Of a DNA stretch of 64,000 bases, positions 9,706 to 20,815 are shown piece after piece. The DNA is taken from contig QCUR01000002.1 in assembly GCA_003208875.1 (NCBI GenBank), forward strand, positions 210,337 through 274,336, read 5' to 3'. The DNA is from Prochlorococcus sp. AG-679-M23. GTDB taxonomy: Bacteria; Cyanobacteriota; Cyanobacteriia; PCC-6307; Cyanobiaceae. The notes under the pieces are model-generated. The model saw nothing but the letters and a program-made list of their open reading frames with translations, had not been told where the DNA came from and did not search any database. A program made the translations under genes and the position numbers. Positions within the stretch are counted from its first letter, which is position 1. Every line of letters starts with the position of its first letter.

Positions 9706-11781
9706 TTGGCACGCGACTTTCCCCTTGAACGAGTAAGGAATATAGGTATAGCCGCTCATATTGACGCTGGTAAAACAACTACTACTGAGAGAATTCTTTT
9801 TTATTCAGGGGTTGTTCATAAAATCGGAGAAGTACATGATGGTGCTGCCGTAACAGATTGGATGGCTCAAGAAAGAGAAAGAGGAATTACTATTACAGCT
9901 GCTGCTATCTCTACAAGTTGGCAAGATCATAGAATTAATATTATTGATACTCCAGGTCACGTTGACTTCACAATTGAAGTTGAAAGATCAATGAGAGTTT
10001 TAGATGGTGTTATAGCTGTGTTTTGTGCGGTAGGAGGAGTTCAGCCACAATCAGAGACTGTTTGGAGACAAGCTGATAGATACTCTGTTCCAAGGATGGT
10101 TTTCGTCAATAAGATGGATAGAACAGGCGCAGACTTCCTAAAGGTTAATCAACAAATTAAAGATCGTCTTAAAGCAAATGCTTTTCCTATTCAACTTCCA
10201 ATAGGAGCTGAAGGTGATCTTTCAGGAATTATTGATTTAGTAAGTAACAAGGCTTATTTATACAAAAATGATTTAGGAACTGATATTGAGGAAGCTCCAA
10301 TACCAGATGACATGAAAGACGAGGCATTGGAATGGAGAAGCAAATTAATGGAAAGTGTCGCAGAAAATGATGAAGAATTAATTGAAATATTTTTGGATAA
10401 GGGAGAATTAACTGAAGATCAATTAAAAAAAGGGATTAGAGAAGGAGTTCTCAAACATGGTTTAGTTCCTGTTTTATGTGGATCAGCCTTTAAAAATAAA
10501 GGGGTTCAATTAGTTCTCGATGCAGTAGTTGATTATTTACCAGCTCCAATAGATGTAAAACCAATTCAAGGTGTTTTACCAAATGGTAAAGAAGATGTTA
10601 GACCTTCGGATGATAATGCTCCTTTCAGTGCACTTGCTTTCAAAGTCATGTCTGATCCTTATGGAAAACTAACTTTTGTAAGAATGTATTCTGGAGTACT
10701 TTCTAAAGGAAGTTATGTTATGAATTCAACTAAGGATGCTAAAGAGAGAATTTCAAGGTTAGTTATCTTAAAAGCAGATGAAAGAGAAGAAGTTGATGAA
10801 TTAAGAGCAGGAGATTTAGGAGCTGTATTGGGATTGAAGAATACAACAACAGGTGATACCTTATGTAATACCGATGACCCAATAGTTCTAGAAACTTTAT
10901 TTATCCCCGAACCTGTTATCTCAGTGGCTGTAGAACCAAAAACTAAAGGAGATATGGAGAAACTTTCTAAGGCCTTACAAGCCTTGTCTGAAGAAGATCC
11001 AACCTTTAGGGTAAGTACAGATCAAGAGACTAATCAGACTGTAATAGCCGGCATGGGGGAACTACATCTTGAAATTCTTGTAGACAGAATGTTGAGAGAG
11101 TTCAAAGTTGAGGCAAATATAGGCGCCCCTCAGGTTTCTTATAGAGAAACAATTAGATCGAGTTCCAAGGGTGAAGGTAAATATGCAAGACAAACAGGAG
11201 GTAAAGGACAATATGGACATGTAGTTATTGAAATGGAACCTGCCGAAGTCGGCAAAGGGTTTGAATTTGTTAACAAAATCGTGGGTGGAACTGTACCAAA
11301 AGAATATATTGGACCAGCCTCAAATGGAATGAAAGAAACCTGTGAATCAGGGGTTCTTGCCGGTTATCCGCTGATTGATGTAAAAGTAACACTAGTCGAT
11401 GGTTCGTTCCACGATGTAGACTCATCTGAAATGGCCTTCAAAATTGCAGGTTCAATGGCTTTTAAAGATGGGGTTAAAAAATGCAATCCTGTCCTCTTAG
11501 AGCCTATGATGAAAGTCGAGGTCGAAAGTCCTGATGATTTTCTTGGATCTGTAATTGGCGATCTTTCTTCAAGGAGAGGTCAAGTCGAAGGACAATCTGT
11601 CGATGATGGATTGTCTAAAGTACAGGCCAAAGTGCCCTTAGCCGAAATGTTCGGTTATGCCACTCAACTCCGATCAATGACTCAAGGTCGGGGCATATTT
11701 TCAATGGAGTTCGCAAATTATGAGGAAGTTCCTCGTAACGTTGCTGAAGCTATCATTTCCAAGAATCAGGGCAACTCCTGA
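9706..11781 (+). CDS. fusA: Elongation factor G
   Basis: [18 protein letters not shown]; 691 aa; TTG start preceded by GGAG. Confidence 0.99.
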   Translation: MARDFPLERVRNIGIAAHIDAGKTTTTERILFYSGVVHKIGEVHDGAAVTDWMAQERERGITITAAAISTSWQDHRINIIDTPGHVDFTIEVERSMRVLDGVIAVFCAVGGVQPQSETVWRQADRYSVPRMVFVNKMDRTGADFLKVNQQIKDRLKANAFPIQLPIGAEGDLSGIIDLVSNKAYLYKNDLGTDIEEAPIPDDMKDEALEWRSKLMESVAENDEELIEIFLDKGELTEDQLKKGIREGVLKHGLVPVLCGSAFKNKGVQLVLDAVVDYLPAPIDVKPIQGVLPNGKEDVRPSDDNAPFSALAFKVMSDPYGKLTFVRMYSGVLSKGSYVMNSTKDAKERISRLVILKADEREEVDELRAGDLGAVLGLKNTTTGDTLCNTDDPIVLETLFIPEPVISVAVEPKTKGDMEKLSKALQALSEEDPTFRVSTDQETNQTVIAGMGELHLEILVDRMLREFKVEANIGAPQVSYRETIRSSSKGEGKYARQTGGKGQYGHVVIEMEPAEVGKGFEFVNKIVGGTVPKEYIGPASNGMKETCESGVLAGYPLIDVKVTLVDGSFHDVDSSEMAFKIAGSMAFKDGVKKCNPVLLEPMMKVEVESPDDFLGSVIGDLSSRRGQVEGQSVDDGLSKVQAKVPLAEMFGYATQLRSMTQGRGIFSMEFANYEEVPRNVAEAIISKNQGNS

Positions 11782-11824
11782 TCTCTAAACTAAACACTCT
11801 TTAACCCTCGATTCTTTAATTCAA

Positions 11825-13024
11825 ATGGCTCGCGAGAAGTTCGAAAGGAACAAACCACATGTCAACATAGGTACTATTGGCCACGTTGATCATGGAAAAA
11901 CAACCCTGACTGCCGCTATTACTAATGTTTTAGCTAAAAAAGGTCAAGCACAAGCTCAAGACTATGGAGACATCGATGGTGCTCCAGAGGAAAGAGAGCG
12001 TGGTATTACAATTAATACTGCACACGTTGAATACGAAACAGCCGACAGACATTATGCTCACGTTGACTGTCCAGGTCACGCTGATTATGTGAAAAACATG
12101 ATCACTGGTGCAGCTCAAATGGATGGTGCAATTTTAGTTTGTGCAGCAACAGATGGTCCTATGGCTCAAACAAAAGAACACATTCTTTTAGCAAAACAAG
12201 TTGGAGTCCCTGCTTTGGTTGTTGCTTTGAATAAATGTGACATGGTAGATGATGAAGAAATCATTGAACTTGTTGAAATGGAAATCAGAGAACTTCTTGA
12301 TAGTTATGATTTTCCTGGTGATGATATACCCATCGTTCAAGTTTCAGGTCTAAAAGCTTTAGAAGGAGATTCTACTTGGGAATCTAAAATTGAAGAATTA
12401 ATGACTGCCGTTGACGCTAGTATTCCTGAACCTGAAAGAGAAATAGACAAGCCATTTTTGATGGCAGTTGAAGATGTATTTTCTATCACAGGTAGAGGAA
12501 CAGTTGCTACTGGAAGAATAGAGAGAGGAAAAGTTAAAGTTGGGGAAGAAGTTGAAATAGTTGGAATTAGAGATACAAGATTGACTACTGTCACTGGCGT
12601 TGAAATGTTCCGTAAACTTCTTGATGAAGGTATGGCTGGAGATAATGTTGGACTACTTTTACGTGGTGTTCAGAAAGAAGATATCGAAAGAGGTATGGTT
12701 CTTGTTAAAAAAGGTTCGATTACTCCTCATACGAAATTTGAAGGAGAGGTTTATGTACTTAAGAAAGAAGAGGGTGGAAGACATACTCCTTTCTTTGCTG
12801 GTTATAGACCACAATTTTATATAAGAACTACAGATGTAACTGGACAAATTACTGCATTCACATCCGATGATGGTGCCAATGTAGAAATGGTAATGCCAGG
12901 CGACAGGATAAAAATGACTGGGGAATTAATTTGTCCAGTTGCGATTGAACAAGGTATGCGCTTTGCTATTCGCGAAGGTGGCCGTACTATTGGAGCTGGT
13001 GTTGTTTCTAAAATTATTGAATAA
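11825..13024 (+). CDS. tuf: Elongation factor Tu
   Basis: [24 protein letters not shown]. Confidence 0.99.
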   Translation: MAREKFERNKPHVNIGTIGHVDHGKTTLTAAITNVLAKKGQAQAQDYGDIDGAPEERERGITINTAHVEYETADRHYAHVDCPGHADYVKNMITGAAQMDGAILVCAATDGPMAQTKEHILLAKQVGVPALVVALNKCDMVDDEEIIELVEMEIRELLDSYDFPGDDIPIVQVSGLKALEGDSTWESKIEELMTAVDASIPEPEREIDKPFLMAVEDVFSITGRGTVATGRIERGKVKVGEEVEIVGIRDTRLTTVTGVEMFRKLLDEGMAGDNVGLLLRGVQKEDIERGMVLVKKGSITPHTKFEGEVYVLKKEEGGRHTPFFAGYRPQFYIRTTDVTGQITAFTSDDGANVEMVMPGDRIKMTGELICPVAIEQGMRFAIREGGRTIGAGVVSKIIE

Positions 13025-13084
13025 TTTTCTTTAATTTTATAAAGTTAACCTTTGACAATCTAAAATAGTTAAATAAATAGATAT

Positions 13085-13113
13085 GGGTTATTGAAAATCA
13101 GTAACCCCTTTAT
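13085..13113 (+). terminator. Hairpin between tuf and rpsJ (probable leaky terminator or stabilising stem)
   Basis: GGGTTATTGA-AAA-TCAGTAACCC is a 10-bp stem with one G-U pair, followed by CTTTAT. Confidence 0.55.
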
Positions 13114-13133
13114 AAAGAGATTAATTTAAACTT

Positions 13134-13454
13134 ATGACAGCTTCACTAACTCAACAAAAAATACGTATCAGATTGAAAGCTTTTGATAGAAGAATGCTTG
13201 ATTTATCTTGTGACAAAATAATTCAAACCGCAGATACAACGGCGGCATCAGCTATCGGACCTATTCCATTACCAACTAAAAGAAAAATTTATTGCGTTTT
13301 AAGATCGCCTCATGTAGATAAAGATTCTAGAGAGCATTTTGAGACCAGAACTCATAGAAGAATAATTGATATTTATAATCCTTCTGCTAAAACTATAGAT
13401 GCTTTAATGAAATTGGATCTTCCTAGTGGTGTAGACATAGAAGTTAAATTATAA
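13134..13454 (+). CDS. rpsJ: 30S ribosomal protein S10
   Basis: [31 protein letters not shown]. Confidence 0.99.
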   Translation: MTASLTQQKIRIRLKAFDRRMLDLSCDKIIQTADTTAASAIGPIPLPTKRKIYCVLRSPHVDKDSREHFETRTHRRIIDIYNPSAKTIDALMKLDLPSGVDIEVKL

Positions 13455-13509
13455 GATATCCCGAATAGAACTTTATTTCACTAAAATATAAAAAACATTT
13501 GAGGTTTAA

Positions 13510-14166
13510 ATGGGAGAGCTTTCAGTAAGGGAATTACCATTGTTCCCTCTCCCAGAAGTCGTTCTTTTCCCACAAGAAGTCCTGCCACTACATATCTTTG
13601 AGTCGAGATACAGAATTATGCTTAAATCTGTACTTGAATCAGATTCAATGTTTGGAGTAATTAAATGGGATCCCAATAAAAAGAGTATGGCTAACGTTGG
13701 TTGTTGTGCTCAGATAATTAAACATCAAACGGCTGAAGATGGTAGAAGTAATATAATTACTTTGGGACAGCAAAGATTTCAAGTTCTTGAAATTGTACGT
13801 TCTACACCTTATTGTTCAGCAATGGTAAGTTGGATTACTGACGAAAATATTGAAAGTTTTCAAAGTTTAGACCTTTTAAGAGATTCAGTCACCGAAGCTT
13901 TAAATGATGTTGTTAAATTAACTAGTAAATTGACTAATTCTCAGAAAGTTCTTCCTGAAAAGTTACCTGAGAACCCCATGGAACTGTCTTTTTGGATCGG
14001 TGCTCATCTGGGAGGGCCAGTAGCTGAAGAGCAGCAAAAACTTTTAGAGGAGAGGAACACACATACTCGTTTACAAAGAGAGTTTGAAATGTTAGACCAT
14101 ACTAGAAAACAATTAGCAGCTAGAACAGCTTTAAAAGAAAGTTTTCCTGATATCAAAGAAAATTAA
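13510..14166 (+). CDS. LON peptidase substrate-binding domain protein (no ATPase or protease domain)
   Basis: LPLFPL..VLFP...LPLHIFE.RYR.M signature; 218 aa. Confidence 0.88.
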   Translation: MGELSVRELPLFPLPEVVLFPQEVLPLHIFESRYRIMLKSVLESDSMFGVIKWDPNKKSMANVGCCAQIIKHQTAEDGRSNIITLGQQRFQVLEIVRSTPYCSAMVSWITDENIESFQSLDLLRDSVTEALNDVVKLTSKLTNSQKVLPEKLPENPMELSFWIGAHLGGPVAEEQQKLLEERNTHTRLQREFEMLDHTRKQLAARTALKESFPDIKEN

Positions 14167-15102
14167 ATGTCTATTTTTTTAATATCTTCCCTTGTTATAT
14201 TTTTAACTTTATTATTTTCTTCATTAATACTTTGGAGAATTAATACTAGAAAATATATTTCTTCGAGAACTGTAGCTACAGCATATGATTCCTGGACTCA
14301 AGATAAATTACTAGAAAGATTGTGGGGAGAGCATATACATCTAGGTTTCTATCCTCTAAATAAAAATATTGATTTTAGAGAGGCTAAAGTTCAATTTGTA
14401 CATGAGTTAGTAAGTTGGAGTGGTCTAGATAAATTACCTAGAGGTTCTAGGGTTTTAGATGTCGGATGCGGAATAGGTGGAAGTTCTAGAATTCTTGCGA
14501 ATTATTATGGATTTAATGTTACCGGAATAACTATTAGTCCAGCTCAAGTAAAAAGAGCAAAAGAACTTACTCCTTATCAATGTAAATGCAACTTCAAAGT
14601 TATGGATGCTTTGGATTTGAAATTTGAAGATGGAACATTTGATGGTGTTTGGAGTGTTGAGGCAGGAGCCCATATGAATAATAAAACTAAATTTGCAGAT
14701 CAAATGTTAAGAACTTTAAGACCTGGAGGATATTTAGCATTGGCTGATTGGAATTCAAGAGATTTACAAAAGCAACCCCCATCCATGCTTGAAAAAATAA
14801 TTTTAAAACAATTACTTGAACAGTGGGTACATCCTAAATTTATAAGTATCAATGACTTCAGTAATATTCTTATAGATAATAAAAATAGTTCGGGTCAAGT
14901 TCTATCCTCTAATTGGAATTCTTTTACAAATCCCTCTTGGTTTGATTCAATATTTGAAGGAATGAGAAGACCTAATGCAATTTTATCCCTAGGTCCAGGA
15001 GCAATTATAAAGTCTATTAGAGAGATACCCACAATACTTTTAATGGATTGGGCCTTTAAAAAAGGTTTAATGGAATTTGGAGTTTATAAATGTAGAGGTT
15101 AA
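14167..15102 (+). CDS. SAM-dependent methyltransferase, cyanobacterial MPBQ/MSBQ-type (plastoquinone pathway; Sll0418-like)
   Basis: N-terminal TM helix, WGEHIHLGFY, LDVGCGIGGS, WSVEAGAHM. Confidence 0.8.
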   Translation: MSIFLISSLVIFLTLLFSSLILWRINTRKYISSRTVATAYDSWTQDKLLERLWGEHIHLGFYPLNKNIDFREAKVQFVHELVSWSGLDKLPRGSRVLDVGCGIGGSSRILANYYGFNVTGITISPAQVKRAKELTPYQCKCNFKVMDALDLKFEDGTFDGVWSVEAGAHMNNKTKFADQMLRTLRPGGYLALADWNSRDLQKQPPSMLEKIILKQLLEQWVHPKFISINDFSNILIDNKNSSGQVLSSNWNSFTNPSWFDSIFEGMRRPNAILSLGPGAIIKSIREIPTILLMDWAFKKGLMEFGVYKCRG

Positions 15103-15948
15103 TTAGTCTAAATTAATCTTTTCTGATAAATAACATCCAAAGTCGATCAAATGTTTACATAAGGGTTGTATTTTTTTCTTTAATTTATTAAATGCTTCAA
15201 TATTAGTTTTATTATTTATTTCAACATCAATATAGATAATATATTCTCCTAGTTCTCTCTTTGAAGGTCTAGATTCTATTTTACTCATATTGAATCCAAA
15301 TTCTGCAATATAATTTAAAGCTTCTAGTAAAGCACCAGGATTATTTGAGAGTAATGAGAAGGCAAAACTTGCAATATTAGCTCTATCTACAATGTACTCT
15401 TTACTCAACAATACAAATCTTGTGCAATTACCCGGGACATCATTAATAGGAAATGCTAATTCTTTAAGTCCTTCTATTTCGATAAGAGATTTCGAACCAA
15501 TAGCTGCTCTAAATGAGCTTCCTTTTACCATATTCACAGCTTCTGAAGTTGATTTTGTTGATAAAGTAATAGCATCTGGAAGGTTTTCAGATAGCCATTC
15601 TGAGCATTGAGCTAAAGCTTGTGGATGAGATAACACCTCAGATATCTCTGAAATCTTGCCATCACTAATTAATGCATGTTTTATTGGCAAAACAATTGCT
15701 TTATTTATATTAATATCAGAAAATTTCCAAAGCGCGTCTAAAGTCGTTGTTACTCCTCCTTCAACAGAATTCTCAATGGGCACTATTGCCGCATCACAAT
15801 TGTTGTAGGCTATTGATTTAATAACCGAATACAGCCCGTTACATGGTACAAATAAAGGTGACTTAAAATTAGCAAGCTTTGACAAAATATGAGCTGCTTT
15901 TTCAGCGTATGTCCCTTTAGGGCCTAAATATGCAACTTGTTTGCTCAT
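15103..15948 (-). CDS. pheA: Prephenate dehydratase
   Basis: AYLGPKGTY, VPIENSVEG, SHPQALAQC, NCTRF, ACT domain with KIESRP. Confidence 0.96.
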   Translation of the reverse strand: MSKQVAYLGPKGTYAEKAAHILSKLANFKSPLFVPCNGLYSVIKSIAYNNCDAAIVPIENSVEGGVTTTLDALWKFSDININKAIVLPIKHALISDGKISEISEVLSHPQALAQCSEWLSENLPDAITLSTKSTSEAVNMVKGSSFRAAIGSKSLIEIEGLKELAFPINDVPGNCTRFVLLSKEYIVDRANIASFAFSLLSNNPGALLEALNYIAEFGFNMSKIESRPSKRELGEYIIYIDVEINNKTNIEAFNKLKKKIQPLCKHLIDFGCYLSEKINLD

Positions 15949-16000
15949 GGTAAATTGTAATAAAAAAAAAGGTCAAATAAGCATTGGAGGTATATAGAAA

Positions 16001-16519
16001 ATGCTTTTAGCTTTTGATGCAAAACAGAAACTTAAACTTTCTGTTACGAGGAATAAAGAATATCTTTCTAAATATCTTTTAGAGGAAGAAAGAGTTGTTG
16101 GAGCAATGCTAGACCCAAATAAATTAGAACCTGAAGGGGAGGGGATGTATAAGTATACTGTAACAAGTTTCAAGGTTTTTCAATTAGATGTTAAACCTGT
16201 TGTATCAATTGCAGTTGAGAATAATGAGGGTGTTTTAAAAATGAGTGCACTTGATAGTACATTAGATGGTTTAGGCATGGTTGAAGACTTTAATTTAATT
16301 TTGAAAGCAAATTTGGAGGCGACTGATTTTGGGTTAGAAGGTGAAGCTTTACTCGGAGTTTCAGTAAGTCAACCGCCTCTTTTGAAACTTTTGCCAAAGA
16401 AAATTTTAGAATCTACAGGTCATTCAGTATTGAATGGAATTTTATTAGGAATAAAATCTAGAGTTCAACAACAATTAATAAAAGATTTTGTTAATTGGTG
16501 TGAATTAAATCAGATTTAA
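16001..16519 (+). CDS. DUF1997-family protein
   Basis: Resembles cyanobacterial DUF1997; GGAGG Shine-Dalgarno at 15986-15990. Confidence 0.65.
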   Translation: MLLAFDAKQKLKLSVTRNKEYLSKYLLEEERVVGAMLDPNKLEPEGEGMYKYTVTSFKVFQLDVKPVVSIAVENNEGVLKMSALDSTLDGLGMVEDFNLILKANLEATDFGLEGEALLGVSVSQPPLLKLLPKKILESTGHSVLNGILLGIKSRVQQQLIKDFVNWCELNQI

Positions 16520-17134
16520 CTTATTCAAGAAACTTTTTCTATGGAGATTTGTTAGTCCATTTTCTTTAAGACTTGAAAAATGTTGTTTGGTACCATATCC
16601 TTTATTTTTAAATATGAAATATCCAGGATATTTGCTTTCTAATCTTTCCATCAAAGAGTCACGCATTACTTTGGCAATTATGCTTGCAGTAGCTATTGAA
16701 ATAAATTTAGAATCACCTGAAATAATATTTCTTTGATTACCCTCCCAAAGTCTTAATGGTAATGGCCCGTCAATTAATAGTTCAGATGGCATATGTTTTA
16801 ACTTTTTAACTGCTCTAATCATTGAAAGTTCAGTTGCATGCCTTATCCCCAACAAATCTATTTCTCTTACTGAAGACTGCCCTAAACCGTAATCTGATGA
16901 TAATGCAATAATTTTAGGAAAAACATCTTTTCTTTTTTTTGGAGTTAATTTTTTACTATCATTAACTCCTAATTTCTTGAGAGTTAATCCACTTTTCTTA
17001 GAAAGAACTACAGCAGCAGAAAATACAGGTCCAAAAACCGAACCACGACCTACTTCGTCAATACCTATCTCAGAATCTTTATTCAATGTTTGCAGATGAT
17101 CTTCTTCTTTTTCTTCTTGAATTATCCATTTCAT
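16505..17134 (-). CDS. rnhB: Ribonuclease HII
   Basis: [34 protein letters not shown]. Real start is possibly TTG 17086, overlapping the rne stop. Confidence 0.96.
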   Translation of the reverse strand: MKWIIQEEKEEDHLQTLNKDSEIGIDEVGRGSVFGPVFSAAVVLSKKSGLTLKKLGVNDSKKLTPKKRKDVFPKIIALSSDYGLGQSSVREIDLLGIRHATELSMIRAVKKLKHMPSELLIDGPLPLRLWEGNQRNIISGDSKFISIATASIIAKVMRDSLMERLESKYPGYFIFKNKGYGTKQHFSSLKENGLTNLHRKSFLNKLNLI

Positions 17135-18896
17135 CTGTTGTTTCTATTTCTTCGTTCTCATTTGTTACTTTTGGCAATTTTTTGTCGGGATTCACTTCTT
17201 TAGAGTAATCCGCTTCAACCTCTTCTTTTGAATTAAAAGTTGAGGTTATTTTATTTGTATTTTTACTTGTAACTTTATTATTTGTTTTTACATTTTGCTC
17301 AGAAACATCTTTTTCCTTGTTCTTAACATCTTCCAAACGTGCTAGGTGATTACTACTTAGATATTCCTTTCCTAATTTAATTAATGGATTAATACCTAAT
17401 TGGCTGTAAACAATTTTTTCATCACTACTAAGCTCAACAGTGATTACTTTCTTTTCTCTACGATTGTTTGTATTATTTAATTCATTATCATTCCCCCTTT
17501 TATTGGAATGATCATCGTCTTTATTGGTATTTTTGGTTTTAGTTAACTCTTCCCTAATGATCGTTTCCTGATTTTCAATTAATTGAAAGGGAGTTAAATC
17601 TGAGATTTTAGGGTCATTTAATTTACTGGATTTTTTTCCATTTTGATTAGTTTTTAAAGAAATATTTTTATGATTTGGTAATTTTTCTATATGCCCTAAT
17701 CCATTGCAGTTAGTACATTTAGTGCCAAATAATTCATAAATATTTTGACCTTGTCTTTTTCTTGTTAATTCAACTAAACCTAACTCAGTTAATTGAGCTA
17801 TCTGTGGCCTTGCTGAATCATCTTTAATGGCTAAAGTAAAATGTTCAAGTAACTGAAATTGATCTCTTCGAGATTCCATATCTATAAAATCTATAACTAA
17901 AACTCCCCCAATATTTCTTAATTTCATTTGCCTAGAAATTTCTATAGCTGCTTCACAATTCGTCCATAAAACAGTTTGTCTTGAATTAGCTGATCTTGTG
18001 AAAGATCCAGAATTAACGTCAATTACTGTCAATGCTTCAGTAGGTTCAATAATTATGTAACCTCCTGAAGGTAAATCTACTCTTGGCTGAAGTGCCTTTT
18101 GAATAGTTTTATTAATGTGGTATTTTTCTAAAATATGTTCATTTATTTCATTATTGTGAAAAACAAGATCCAAATTAGAGTCATTATTAACTAAAAAGTC
18201 TTTTGCTTTTTCGAGAGCGATTTTATCATCAATTACAATTTTAATAGTTGATGATTTGATACAATCTCTTAAAATTTTTAATGAAAAATTCTCATCTCTA
18301 TTTATTAAATTTGGTGGATGAGTACTTTCTGAATTTTTTAATACTTGATCCCATTGTTGAATTAAATTTTCTAAATCTTCAATAAGTAATTCTTCTTTGA
18401 TTTGTTCTGCTTCAGTTCGAAATAATAATCCTGTGCTAGGCGGTTTGATTAAAACTCCAAGAGCTCTTAAACGACTTCTTTCAGTCTCAGTGTTTATCTT
18501 CCTAGAAATATTGACTCCTTGTCCATATGGTTGCAGTATCAAATATTTTCCAGGTAATGAGATATTACCTGTAAGTCTAGGTCCTTTATTTCCAGTAGGT
18601 TCTTTCATTACTTGCACGAGAACTTTTTGTTTTGGTTCAAGAAGTTCAGTAATTCCTACAACACCTTTTTTTAATCTTAATGGACCTAGATCTGATACAT
18701 GAATAAAGCCATTTTTTTCACTTTCTCCAATATCTATAAAGGCAGCATCAATACCTGGAAGAACATTTTCTACAGTTCCTAAAAAAATATCCCCGATTTG
18801 ATATTGACCTTGTGCGACGATTAATTCATCAACTTGATCATCTGTGAGTAGTGCTGCAATACGCGCCTGCTCAGCTATTACAATTTGCTGAGACAT
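17079..18896 (-). CDS. rne: Ribonuclease E (cyanobacterial short form)
   Basis: S1 domain ([10 protein letters not shown]), VIDVNSG, DFIDM, and C-terminal RRKRRRSSA motif. Confidence 0.97.
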   Translation of the reverse strand: MSQQIVIAEQARIAALLTDDQVDELIVAQGQYQIGDIFLGTVENVLPGIDAAFIDIGESEKNGFIHVSDLGPLRLKKGVVGITELLEPKQKVLVQVMKEPTGNKGPRLTGNISLPGKYLILQPYGQGVNISRKINTETERSRLRALGVLIKPPSTGLLFRTEAEQIKEELLIEDLENLIQQWDQVLKNSESTHPPNLINRDENFSLKILRDCIKSSTIKIVIDDKIALEKAKDFLVNNDSNLDLVFHNNEINEHILEKYHINKTIQKALQPRVDLPSGGYIIIEPTEALTVIDVNSGSFTRSANSRQTVLWTNCEAAIEISRQMKLRNIGGVLVIDFIDMESRRDQFQLLEHFTLAIKDDSARPQIAQLTELGLVELTRKRQGQNIYELFGTKCTNCNGLGHIEKLPNHKNISLKTNQNGKKSSKLNDPKISDLTPFQLIENQETIIREELTKTKNTNKDDDHSNKRGNDNELNNTNNRREKKVITVELSSDEKIVYSQLGINPLIKLGKEYLSSNHLARLEDVKNKEKDVSEQNVKTNNKVTSKNTNKITSTFNSKEEVEADYSKEVNPDKKLPKVTNENEEIETTDEMDNSRRKRRRSSANIE

Positions 18897-19197
18897 AAAA
18901 TGTTTTAAAGTATGTTTTGAATTTTTTGAAAATCGATAAAAAGTAAATAATTACATATTTAATTATTCTTTAGCAATTTCTTGAAAGCTTAATTTATTAG
19001 ATTTTTAAAATAATTAGTAGGAGTTTGACTTGCTAAGTGTTTTAGTTTTAGACGACTTTCAAACGATTTGAAATTGATTAAATAGCTATGATTATTTCTT
19101 TAATTAAATCATAACCACTTTTATATTAACATCTAATTCCCGCTTAAGTACATTGTCCATTATTCTTATGTAGGTTAAGTTTAGAAATTTTTTTAAA

Positions 19198-20424
19198 GTG
19201 GTTAAAGTCAACGAAAATTATTTAAAACTCAAAGCAGGATATTTATTTCCTGAAATTTCAAAAAGAGTTAACAACTATACTAAAGCTAATAGCAGTTCGA
19301 AAGTCATTAAGCTTGGAATAGGCGATGTAACGGAGCCGCTACCTAAAGCTTGTGTTAATGCTATGGGGGAAGCATTAAATGAAATGGGAACAAATAACGG
19401 ATTTAAAGGTTACGGCCCAGAGCAAGGATATGGATGGCTTAGGGAAAAAATTTCTGTAAATGATTTTATTTCAAGAGGGTGTCAAATCTCTTCGGAAGAA
19501 ATATTTGTTTCTGATGGTTCAAAATGCGATAGTAGCAATATTTTAGATATTCTTGGGGATGATAATTTAATTGCCGTAACTGATCCGGTTTATCCTGTTT
19601 ATGTCGATACTAATGTGATGACTGGGAGAACAGGAGAAACACTTCAAAATGGTACTTATCAAGGGTTAGTATATTTAGCGATTAATGAAGAAAATAATTT
19701 TCAACCTGAAATCCCAAAAAAGAAAGTTGACATTGTTTATCTTTGTTTTCCAAATAATCCAACTGGGGCAACAATTACAAAACAAGAATTGAAAAAATGG
19801 GTTGATTATGCTATCGAAAACAAGTCTTTGATTCTTTTCGATGCAGCTTATGAAGCTTTTATTCAAGATAAAAATATTCCTCATTCAATATATGAGATTG
19901 AGGGGGCAAAAAATTGTGCTATCGAATTTAGATCTTTCTCAAAAAATGCAGGATTTACTGGAGTTCGATGCGCTTATACAGTAATACCAAAAAATCTATC
20001 AGGACAAAATTCAAAAGGGGATAAAATTGATTTATGGTCATTATGGAATAGGCGTCAATGTACTAAATTTAATGGAGTTAGCTATATCGTACAAAGAGGA
20101 GCTGAGGCGGTATATTCTTCGCAAGGTAAAAAAGAGGTTAATTCTTTAATTGACTTTTATATGAAAAATGCAGAAATTATGCAAAATAAGCTCAGAAGTG
20201 CAGGTTTTAAAGTTTATGGAGGTGATAATGCACCATATGTTTGGATAAAAGTACCAGATAGAATGACTTCTTGGGACTTTTTTGATTATTTACTTGAAAA
20301 AGCTGATGTCGTAGGCACCCCAGGAAGTGGATTTGGATTGGCGGGTGAGGGCTATTTTCGATTATCTGCTTTCAATTCAAGATTGAATGTTAATAATGCA
20401 ATGGAACGAATAATTAATATATAA
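19198..20424 (+). CDS. dapL: LL-diaminopimelate aminotransferase
   Basis: [40 protein letters not shown]. Confidence 0.95.
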   Translation: MVKVNENYLKLKAGYLFPEISKRVNNYTKANSSSKVIKLGIGDVTEPLPKACVNAMGEALNEMGTNNGFKGYGPEQGYGWLREKISVNDFISRGCQISSEEIFVSDGSKCDSSNILDILGDDNLIAVTDPVYPVYVDTNVMTGRTGETLQNGTYQGLVYLAINEENNFQPEIPKKKVDIVYLCFPNNPTGATITKQELKKWVDYAIENKSLILFDAAYEAFIQDKNIPHSIYEIEGAKNCAIEFRSFSKNAGFTGVRCAYTVIPKNLSGQNSKGDKIDLWSLWNRRQCTKFNGVSYIVQRGAEAVYSSQGKKEVNSLIDFYMKNAEIMQNKLRSAGFKVYGGDNAPYVWIKVPDRMTSWDFFDYLLEKADVVGTPGSGFGLAGEGYFRLSAFNSRLNVNNAMERIINI

Positions 20425-20462
20425 TAATTAATAGATTTTCTTGTAATTACAATCAAAAAGTA

Positions 20463-20780
20463 ATGTCAAATATAAAGTTTGAAAAAGGGGAAAATAATAA
20501 CACAGCAGTGTTGGAGAAAAAAACAGCTGCGTTAAAAAACAAATCACCAAAATACAAAGTTTTACTTCATAATGATCCAGTTAATTCAATGGAGTATGTC
20601 ACTAATGCACTTAGAGAAGTAGTACCACAACTAAGCGAACAAGATGCTATTTCTATTATGCTTGAAGCTCATAATACTGGTGTTGGTTTAGTTATCATAT
20701 GTGATTTAGAGCCGGCTGAATTTTATTCAGAATCTTTGAAATCAAAAGGGATATCAAGTTCCATTGAAAAAGAAGATTAA
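20463..20780 (+). CDS. clpS: ATP-dependent Clp protease adaptor ClpS
   Basis: YKVLLHNDPVNSMEYV, MLEAHNTG. Confidence 0.95.
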   Translation: MSNIKFEKGENNNTAVLEKKTAALKNKSPKYKVLLHNDPVNSMEYVTNALREVVPQLSEQDAISIMLEAHNTGVGLVIICDLEPAEFYSESLKSKGISSSIEKED

Positions 20781-20815
20781 TTATCTTCTTTTTAATGAAT
20801 TAGTTTTAAATACTT

